A DNA stretch of 63,938 nt, counting the filler, from Octopus bimaculoides (taxonomy: Eukaryota): the NCBI RefSeq assembly GCF_001194135.2. It is 6 parts of 6 records of this genome, joined end to end, with 100 filler letters (N's around TTAATTAATTAA, not from the genome) between each part and the next. Parts side by side here need not be neighbours in the genome. Positions count along the whole stretch, not along the records: positions 43,061 to 59,291 come from NC_069000.1; positions 59,392 to 61,235 come from NW_026300895.1; positions 61,336 to 62,596 come from NW_026386405.1; positions 62,697 to 63,938 come from NC_068985.1; 2 more parts are not named here. One strand, 5' to 3'. Shown in pieces: positions 54,851-63,938 of this stretch. The stretch's first letter is position 1. Every line of letters begins with the position of its first letter. The translations under genes and the position numbers were made by a program. Below the pieces are notes generated by a model, which saw nothing but the letters and a program-made list of their open reading frames with translations, was not told the DNA's origin and did no database searches.

Positions 54851-54902
54851 AAATTACTACTACTAATATTATTACTACTACTACTACTACTACTGCCACT
54901 AC

Positions 54903-55435
54903 TTTTTGTCCGATGGTTTTTTTTTTTTCTCCAACGATTTTTGTCCAATTTTAGATAAACACTTTAGAAATCAAGGTGAGTGTTGTGTGAATTCGCACTG
55001 AACATATCTTTCTTTTCTCACATCTCCAGTATTCTTTTCTAAGTTTTGTATTGCTTCAAGGAAAATCGTAGATGTAATTACTTTACTTTTCTTTTGTTTT
55101 TGGTCGAGTCTATGAACTTTGTCATTTCGGGATGGGTAAATTAAAAAGGTGCACACACAATTTGTAGCACTCTCTATACACAGCACCACACTAAAGAGAG
55201 AGGCGAAAAAAAAAGAGAAAATAAAACTGTTAACAGAGAAGGAAAAAGAATGATAATAACAACCCGTTATAGTTCTGTGAATATATTATTAGAGTTATTT
55301 CACCTTGTTTTCTAAAGAGTTTATTTAAAATTGGACAAAATGTCATTGGACAAAATAAATCATCTGAAAAAAGACACCGGACCAAAAGACATGGACGAAA
55401 GACGTTTGACGAAGAGACGTCGAACCAAAAGACAT
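54903..55435. mobile_element. Foldback-like element with inverted arrays of GGACAAAA-type repeats
   Basis: 54939-54960 is the reverse complement (21/22) of 55319-55340; the right side continues as GGACAAAA/GGACCAAAAGAC/GGACGAAAGAC/GAACCAAAAGAC units. Confidence 0.5.
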
Positions 55436-55737
55436 AGCATCGTAATTTTGAAAGCAGTGTATACGACCAGGTTAATATTGATATAACTGATGAATGTATC
55501 AAACGCTTGTACTGATCAAGGATTTGTCACTGCTTATAAAGACACTAAAGGAACACAAATGGTTTCAGTCCCTACTCCTAAAAGGCTTCAAACACTATGA
55601 ATAATAAATATGACATTCAACCCAAGGTTAAAAGGGAAATGTATACAATGAATACGATGCGTAGAAAGTTCAATAACTAGATGTGAGAAAATATATAGAA
55701 TATATAACATCTAAAAAAGCAAACGTTTACATGTCAA

Positions 55738-56588
55738 GCTTAATGAAAACAGACACGAAAATCAATATCACCGTACACAAAGAAATAATGATAAATGCAA
55801 AAGCCACACAGGATAGAAAGGAAACTTAGTGCTCCCTCATGTCTACTCATTTAGAAATATCGAAATTCATGCCGACCAGAAATAAACCGTTACTCAATGA
55901 AAATAATAATGTAGATAAAAGGCGGCACTTTACTTTTCACATTTCTCTAATAATCCAGAAAGTGCATAAATAGGCAAGAGAGACACATGTTTCTATAAAT
56001 TACGCATAGTTTACAGCTGCATCGTACCTCAAAAATACAAAATTATACTATTTCTTTTGAAATAAGAGAAAATAAGAGTGATGTAAACGTAACGCTATTG
56101 TAAACGGTACAATTTCATAACAGATTGTATCAGAAGTACATTAAGGGCTGTTCAAAATGAGTAGATAACGAACATTGCGAACGTGAACCACACCGAACAC
56201 CTACAACATATATAGAATTTAAAAAGATTAAAAGCAATTCAATAAGACACATGTAGAATATAGTCCAAACAAAACTAAAGATGGAATAACCGTAAGGTTT
56301 AAGGAGAAAATTCTTAAGATGAACTTGGCAATGATTTAAATATGAGAACAGTTAAAAAGTAAAAATCGATAAATCTTCCCGTGGATAAACGAAGGTAACT
56401 CCCGAGGATAAAACTTAATGACGAGGTAGCAAAATATTAAAAAGGCAAGCGTTGCCATCTCAGGCTTAATGAAAACAGACACGAAAATCAATATCACCGT
56501 ATTAAACGAAATAATAATTGGAATAACCACACTAGTTAGAAAGGAAACTTAGTACTCCCTCACGTCTACTCATTCAGGAATATCAAAA
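55738..56588 (+). repeat. ~125-bp diverged direct repeat pair (55738-55865 and 56464-56588)
   Basis: Both begin GCTTAATGAAAACAGACACGAAAATCAATATCACCGTA and contain TAGAAAGGAAACTTAGT.CTCCCTCA.GTCTACTCATT. Confidence 0.85.
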
Positions 56589-57240
56589 CCTAGCAGCCAT
56601 CAACATTGAAGACAAACAAACAGAGAAAAAAATTAGAAAACTTAACAAGATCTCTCCAACTTGAATAAAATCAATAACTTAGAGATTCAGTTTTGAAGAT
56701 AAGTGACGGAAATGAAACCACTACAAAAATAAATATAGAATTTGAAAACAAAGCACACCCAAAGAGAGAGATTCTCGCTGAGTTATGAAGGGCCTGTTGC
56801 TATAAGCAATGACTTAAGTTCCAAACAATTCTACTAAGTATTCTACTTTAGCAGAATTCTAAACAATTCTTCTAAAACAATATGGCATCTAAATAACAAA
56901 AGCAACACCTGAATAATCGTAGGCGGGTGAGGGCCATATAAAGTTAACAAGTGGTACACGTGTTACAAAAAGAGGAAAGACTCTACGGCAGCAGAAAATT
57001 ATAAATTTCCAAACTTCTTAGAAAATTACTATTTGTAAATCTCACAACGAAAAATATTCAGCAACAATACTTTGTAGTAAAGATTGTTTGCCAACATAAC
57101 ATGGCAGTCCTGGCTGAAGACGAATGTTGCTGCAATTTAGCCCCAGGAGACATCATCTCCAGCTGGCTATACGACACGATCTGTGTCCTTATATTTTCGA
57201 ACAAGGGTATCTAGTATGCTCCACTCACCTCAAAACAATA

Positions 57241-57285
57241 TCTGTGTATCGCGATTTCCGTGTTATTTCTCTTCATCAGCACAGA
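57241..57285 (-). ncRNA. Type I hammerhead ribozyme motif (HH6)
   Basis: Minus strand TCTGTG-CTGATGA-AGAGAAATAACACG-GAAA-TCGCGA-TA-CACAGA: perfect 6-bp helix I, perfect palindrome ATCGCGAT, AUA triplet; helix II mismatched. Confidence 0.8.
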
Positions 57286-57335
57286 ATAATTGTTCGGCTT
57301 TATAAGTACACTATAAGTATGCTAGGTGGATGTCA

Positions 57336-57370
<35 letters not shown>

Positions 57371-57431
57371 NNNNNNNNNNNNNNNNNNNNNNNNNNNNNN
57401 NNNNNNNNNNNNNNNNNNNNNNNNNNNNNNN

Positions 57432-57476
<45 letters not shown>

Positions 57477-58745
57477 TAGATAGATGTGATTTCAAACAAT
57501 CATGCTTCCATGCAAATGTTCCGCCCATTGACTGCCTCATACATTCCAGCTATCTGTTTTTAACTACAGGCTTCAGTCAGTTCCAAAGCAATGGTAGACA
57601 AACCAAAGTTAGTGGCGTATAGGGATAAAGACACAACCAGGAATCTCTCGTAAGCTTGTAAAATATATGCACAATCGTTTCTATGTTATTAAATTCCCTC
57701 ATATATAAAGATGTATACGTACATATGTATTTGTATATGTAAGCAGGTATGCATATAAGTAAATACATATATATACACTTATATGTAGATTTAAATATAT
57801 ATATTTATGNNNNNNNNNNNNNNNNNNNNNNNNNNNNNNNNNNNNNNNNNNNNNNNNNNNNNNNNNNNNNNNNNNNNNNNNNNNNNNNNNNNNNNNNNNN
57901 NNNNNNNNNNNNNNNNNNNNNNNNNNNNNNNNNNNNNNNNNNNNNNNNNNNNNNNNNNNNNNNNNNNNNNNNNNNNNNNNNNNNNNNNNNNNNNNNNNNN
58001 NNNNNNNNNNNNNNNNNNNNNNNNNNNNNNNNNNNNNNNNNNNNNNNNNNNNNNNNNNNNNNNNNNNNNNNNNNNNNNNNNNNNNNNNNNNNNNNNNNNN
58101 NNNNNNNNNNNNNNNNNNNNNNNNNNNNNNNNNNNNNNNNNNNNNNNNNNNNNNNNNNNNNNNNNNNNNNNNNNNNNNNNNNNNNNNNNNNNNNNNNNNN
58201 NNNNNNNNNNNNNNNNNNNNNNNNNNNNNNNNNNNNNNNNNNNNNNNNNNNNNNNNNNNNNNNNNNNNNNNNNNNNNNNNNNNNNNNNNNNNNNNNNNNN
58301 NNNNNNNNNNNNNNNNNNNNNNNNNNNNNNNNNNNNNNNNNNNNNNNNNNNNNNNNNNNNNNNNNNNNNNNNNNNNNNNNNNNNNNNNNNNNNNNNNNNN
58401 NNNNNNNNNNNNNNNNNNNNNNNNNNNNNNNNNNNNNNNNNNNNCAGCAATATTTCGTGTACAAGACAATACCATTAACTCATTTCCATGTGTACTTGTC
58501 CATTCATTACAATTTACAGTAAAGCTATATAATACAGTAGAATATAACGACGAAAAGACGAAAAAGAAGAACATTTAATAAAAAAGCGCTGACAGCAAAT
58601 TGAGTACCTTAGGGATCAACTTAGAGTTATGGTTTTCTATAACATTTTCATGTTGGGTTTTATATGTTATTAGTTATGTGAAGCTTTTCAGTAACACATG
58701 GTTGACAGGACTGTGTCTTTGCGTCTTTATACATGTATATATGTA

Positions 58746-58776
<31 letters not shown>

Positions 58777-59211
58777 GTGTGTGTGTGTGTGCATAATTGT
58801 ATATGTATATGTGTGGGCGTTTTTGTGCATGTGTGTGTATGTGTGTATATGTGCATGTCTATACATAATTCTGCATATATGTCAGCAGAAATCTAATATA
58901 AATAAATATGGTACTGACTTTTCTTTACTTTCGTTGGTGAGAATATTTTGTTGTTTTTTATTTGTTTTACCGTTCTTGTTTTACGTACGACACCCACTCA
59001 TGTACCTCTACTTACATGCAATCTATTTAAGGTTATACATTTCTCTACATCTATAGACAAGTACATATGTATACATACATAGTATGTGTATAAATATATG
59101 CATAACTAGATGTGTACGCATTTATATGAACATATACGTATATAAATTTATGCATACATTGCGCGTATGTGTGTATATGTGTACGTATATATATATACAT
59201 ATATACTCGTG

Positions 59212-59289
<78 letters not shown>

Positions 59290-59291
59290 TG

Positions 59292-59391
59292 NNNNNNNNN
59301 NNNNNNNNNNNNNNNNNNNNNNNNNNNNNNNNNNNTTAATTAATTAANNNNNNNNNNNNNNNNNNNNNNNNNNNNNNNNNNNNNNNNNNNN
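59292..59391. other. Artificial assembly join with TTAATTAATTAA linker
   Basis: Linker at 59336-59347. Confidence 0.95.
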
Positions 59392-60237
59392 GCTAAAAGA
59401 GGGTATTGCTAATAAATAAATAAAGGTAATTTGTACTGAGTAAGTCCCAGTAGGGAAGTTGTCCCATGTTAATGAACTTATCAGCTGCAGCTGAGAAGTG
59501 GACTGAATTCTTTGGGTGAATCATCATCATAATTTTATGTCTGTTTTTCATACTGGCATGGTCGGCTGGATCATTATGGTCAGTCACTTCTTACTGGGAG
59601 CTACAAGTTTCATAAACTAGTACTCATACAGGTCATTTCACCTGCAACAGGGGTGGGGGGTGAGCCAGTTCATCTTGCTCTCTTCCCTCCCTTTTTCTAT
59701 CTCTCTATCTATCTATATCATGTACATACCCTGTCTTTCTAGCTCTTCATAGCATCCATTCAAATACCATTTTCTATAACGCCAGTTATCGGAGCAATAT
59801 ATAGTCTGGGTTTGAAGCAGGTGTTACACACGCTAGTTAACCCAGAGCTGGAATCCCAACAGTTCATACCAGACCTGAGAATGAAAAGAGCTAAAAAGTG
59901 GTCAAAACTCTGGGACTCCCATGCCAAGGCCCCACTACCAGATCCAGTTCGAATTGTTACCCAGTACCATGAGAAAATACACCCAATACACTTTACAGAG
60001 TGTACTAGGTGTATTTTCTTATGGCATTGAAACTAGAGACGTTTAACAGTTCTCAATGAGACAGGACAAAAGGGACCTCACAATAGTATACTTGCTCTGT
60101 TCATATGCAAATCACTTTGTAAGTGTACACTAAGAATGCTTTTATATCACCAGTACACTAATCTTTCTAAAAGTCTCATGGGGGTATGGTCGGACGGTAA
60201 CTTTCTATCATGGCATTGGCACAGGACATGGGTATCT

Positions 60238-60432
60238 TCATCATTATCATCATCATCATTTAATGTCTAGCATGGGTTGGATTGTTTNNNNNNNNNNTCA
60301 TTATCATCATCATCATTTAATGTCTAGCATGGGTTGGATTGTTTGTTAGGAGCTGGCAAGCCAGAAGACTTACTACAGGTTTCACTGTTTTGGCATGGAT
60401 TTTATGGCTGGATGCCCTTCCTAACACCAATG
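60238..60432 (-). mobile_element. SINE family C copy (contains a gap-flanking duplication)
   Basis: GGATGCCCTTCCTAAC core and (CAT)n tail as at 6308-6580. Confidence 0.7.
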
Positions 60433-61235
60433 TGTACTAGTTAAAAATGTTGTTTGCTTCCTTAACGCTTATTTTCCAGCATCTAAGCATGGTGACAGTT
60501 GTCAATTTGAAAAAGACCAACTTATTCTTATTTACTGGTACAATGATTTCGCATGTTTCTGGAAACCATTTTAGAGCTTGGATCTTGATAAAGTCTGGCA
60601 AAAAGTAGGGATGCCAAGAACAATTTTATCCATTAATGTAGANNNNNNNNNNTCTGGCAAAAAGTAGGGATGCCAAGAACAATTTTATCCATTAATGTAG
60701 ATCATTTACAAGAGGTAATGTAAATAAAATTAATAAAGATTTGACCATTTATTTATATAATCTGACCATTTATTTATATAATCTATCTTGTGTTGTTTGG
60801 TGTACAACAGCATTATTCATTATGGATTTCTGATGGATCAATCACTAGCTTCTGATAGTAAGAGTAACAGGGTATTGTCTATGCAAGTCTGTGCAGGATG
60901 AATACTTACTACGAAAACATTTTTGATCAAAACTTTTCAAGTTTTCTTTATGATATGTACATCTTTTTACTGGCAAAAGTTATATATATACATATATATA
61001 CACACATGCACACACATAGGTGCAGATGTAGCTATGTGGTTGAAAGCTTGCTTCCAAACCATATGTTCTTGGGAAAAGACTAATAAGAAAAATATTAATA
61101 AAAAAAAATGATTAAATTCAAACACAGTTATATCTTCAAAATATAGATATGATAAGAAGTTTGCTTCCCAACCATATGATTCTAGGTTCAGTCCTACAGT
61201 GTGGTAACTTAGACTAATATCTTACACTATAGTGC

Positions 61236-61335
61236 NNNNNNNNNNNNNNNNNNNNNNNNNNNNNNNNNNNNNNNNNNNNTTAATTAATTAANNNNNNNNN
61301 NNNNNNNNNNNNNNNNNNNNNNNNNNNNNNNNNNN
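61236..61335. other. Artificial assembly join with TTAATTAATTAA linker
   Basis: Linker at 61280-61291. Confidence 0.95.
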
Positions 61336-61629
61336 AAAAATAGCAGTCAAATCCTGACTCCAAAACCACAATAAATGTCCGCATAGCATGAGTAGCGTGT
61401 GCATACGTGCATATATATGTAAGTATACTGTTTATATACATGTATTTGTATTTATGTACTTGAGTATATTCCACTGATGAAGGCAAAGCATTATTATTTA
61501 TGCAAAGCCAGAAATCCAGGATTTGGAATTATCTTGTAATTTTACTGGTTTATTTGGTCTTCGTCTTCGCTACTCATGCTATGCGGACATTTATTGTGGT
61601 TTTAGAGTCAGGATTTGACTGCTATTTTT
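61336..61629. repeat. Inverted repeat: arms 61336-61397 and 61568-61629
   Basis: 62-nt arms with one mismatch; the left arm is cut by the assembly join. Confidence 0.9.
61468..61529 (+). ncRNA. Type I hammerhead ribozyme motif (HH7) in the inverted-repeat loop
   Basis: ATTCCA-CTGATGA-A GGC aaa GCAT..ATGC aaa GCC A-GAAA-TCCAGGA-TT-TGGAAT: perfect 6-bp helix I, intact core, helix III ATCC-A-GGAT, AUU triplet. Confidence 0.75.
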
Positions 61630-62299
61630 TCAGCGTGGTGGTACCTCTTGATACCCTGTATTATAATTTATATATATATATATGTATATATAGTTTACAG
61701 ATCCAGTACAGGTAGAGTCAACTGAAAAAGTATTCCATCCAGTAAGAGATAAATATCAGTTTAATACACAACCAAAAGAGCTACTAATAGTTTCATGCTT
61801 TTATGATACTTGAACAGGCATATTTACAAAATATGCTGTATGTCCTAAAGCAGTCTTTCAGGCTCTGTTTTTGTGTTATATATATCTTGACAACAAAGGC
61901 AATGGTCCTGTTGGGTTGTAGGTCAGAGGAGAAAAAGATGAGGAGAGTTGAGGATTGGGAGAAGTTGTGGAGGGGAGGCAGAGAGAGAGAGGGGTGAGAA
62001 GTAGATGCTGGTGGGTTCATAAAACTGGGAAGAAAAGGAAGAGCAGAGTATGAATGCTACAAAAGTATCATAAATGGGGTGGTGGAGAAAGTGGGATGGT
62101 TGGCATGGAACTGGGTAGGTGCAGCAAATGGAAGAAAGGCCAGAGGGCATTTTAGAGGTATAATTGTGAGGAGTAAGATAAAGATAAGAAAGGGGTGCTA
62201 GATGGCAAAAGAGATAACTTGGAGGAGAGTGTGCTGTGAGTGATGAAGAGACAAGAGTCTTGATAGAGAACAAGATAGACATATGCATATATATATCAT

Positions 62300-62530
62300 G
62301 CCGGTGACCCATAAAAGGCACCCATGCTGGTGAAATGTGAAAGGCACTCAGTATAATCTGTAGAGTGATTGCCATTAGGAAGGGCATCCAGCCGTAGAAA
62401 GCAAGCCAAGAAAGACTGGAGCCTGGTGCAGCTTTCTGGCTCACCAGCTCCAGTCAAACTCTCAGTCTTATTTGCTGAGCTGCTAAGTTACAGGGGAAAC
62501 AGACACTAAATGATGATGATAATAATGATG
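62300..62530 (+). mobile_element. SINE family C copy
   Basis: TTAGGAAGGGCATCCAGCCGTAGAAA core, (ATG)n tail. Confidence 0.78.
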
Positions 62531-62565
62531 ATACATACACACACACACACACACACATGTATGTG

Positions 62566-62596
<31 letters not shown>

Positions 62597-62696
62597 NNNN
62601 NNNNNNNNNNNNNNNNNNNNNNNNNNNNNNNNNNNNNNNNTTAATTAATTAANNNNNNNNNNNNNNNNNNNNNNNNNNNNNNNNNNNNNNNNNNNN
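62597..62696. other. Artificial assembly join with TTAATTAATTAA linker
   Basis: Linker at 62641-62652. Confidence 0.95.
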
Positions 62697-62732
<36 letters not shown>

Positions 62733-62945
62733 GTGTCAGTGTTTGTCCTCCCAGCATCGCTTGACAACCGATGCTGGAGTTTTTACATCCCCGTAACAAA
62801 GCGGTCCGGCAAAACTGACCGATAAAATGAGTACTAGGATTACAAAGAATAAGTCCTGGAGTCGATTTGCTCGACTAAAGGCGGTGCCTCAGCATGGCCG
62901 CTGTCAAATGACTGAAACAAATAGAAGAATAAAAGAATTAAAGAA
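62697..62945 (+). mobile_element. SINE family A, 3' half
   Basis: Reverse complement of 27138-27345. Confidence 0.85.
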
Positions 62946-63109
62946 TAACAGAATTAAGGATTAACAGAATACCAAGCAGAAACTGGAAGCTGATTCTTTC
63001 GATAGAAACATTAATACAGTTTCGAACATTTTATTCTTGCAGATGTCGCTAAGCTTATTGCAACAACGAACGAAGATATTGACGACAGAGATGGTATCAG
63101 CTGTAATCT

Positions 63110-63715
63110 GGCCCGACAATTATCGGTACTACTACTACCTTTCTCATCGACCACTACCGTTTAACCTCCCAAGCTAACCTGTCATATCTATCGACTTTTC
63201 TTTTTTCCTTATCGCCTACCTTGTTGTCAGTTGAGCACGCTATATCTATGATCCAGCATAGTTTGTTTTCTTTCTCAATTCAGACTATGTCCGGCTTCCT
63301 ATTCTCTATCTTATGGTCGCACTGGATCATAAAATCCCATAGGATTTTTGCATTATCATTCTCGATGATGCATTCGGGTTTGTGATCGTACCAATTTTTT
63401 TGCTCTGTCAACTCCATACTTGTTGCAAAGTGTCCAATGGACAAGCTTTGCTATATTGTCGTGGCGTCTTATATATTCCTTCTGGGCTAGTGGTGTACAT
63501 TGGCTGGTAATATGCCATACGGTTTCACCGTTTTGTCCATAGATTCTGCACTTATCACTTTCTGATGTGTCGTCTATTCTGTATTTTATATAGTTTGTTC
63601 TTAGTGCTTGCTCTTGGGCAGCGCAGATTAGAGCCTCCGTTTCCAGTTTTAAATCACTTTTAGTCATCCACAGCCAACTTTGTTTCTCTGTCTGTCTTAT
63701 CCTCAACATCCGTAT
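63110..63715 (-). mobile_element. R4/Dong-like LINE 3' region: zinc-knuckle remnant and restriction-like endonuclease
   Basis: LETEALICAAQEQALRTN...DKCRIYGQNGETVWHITSQC...RRHDNIAK, then ILWDFMIQCD...RKPDIV...IIDIAC...VPIIVG. Confidence 0.9.
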
Positions 63716-63749
63716 CAGACACACACACACACATACATATATACATAAA

Positions 63750-63898
63750 TATACGACGGGCTTCTTTCAGTTTCCGTCTACCAAATCCATTCGCAGGGCT
63801 TTGGTCCGCCCGAGGCTATAGTAGAAGACACTTACCCAAGTGTGCCCGGAACCACGTGGTTGAGAAGCAAGCTTGTTACCACACAGCCATGTCTGCAC
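63750..63898 (-). mobile_element. SINE family A, head half
   Basis: Homologous to 27385-27538. Confidence 0.82.
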
Positions 63899-63938
63899 CC
63901 TTATACGCTAATGATATATATATATATATATATATATA

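Noticed and set aside
54955-54975. 21-nt microexon-like segment (TTTTAG | INTLEIK | GTGAGT)
   Set aside because: The acceptor and pyrimidine tract belong to the foldback element arm; no supporting gene. Only spliced reads could rescue it.
55487-55520. CTGATGA-ATGTATC-AAAC
   Set aside because: G12 missing, no palindromic helix III, helix I does not pair.

Overview
AT-rich, microsatellite-saturated animal DNA. It is most likely cephalopod/octopus, an inference from my recall of the SINE families and repeat landscape, not a database result. The window holds many N gaps and five artificial 100-nt joins (44 N + TTAATTAATTAA + 44 N), so adjacency across joins is not guaranteed. No confidently intact protein-coding gene was found; almost all listed ORFs are microsatellite or gap artefacts. 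Recognisable content is decayed mobile DNA: R4/Dong-like and RTE LINEs, Penelope-like RT and GIY-YIG fragments, several mariner/Tc1 copies, MITE/foldback elements and three SINE families. The most interesting signal is six to eight type I hammerhead ribozyme motifs (CUGANGA...GAAA), read by eye on both strands. Most have a self-complementary helix III and often a non-canonical first pair of helix II. Two sit in the loop of long inverted repeats (15188-15612 and 61336-61629), and one lies just 3' of a Penelope-like RT fragment. This suggests a diverse set of non-autonomous, ribozyme-bearing Penelope/retrozyme-like elements. All alignments and folds were done manually and need computational confirmation.
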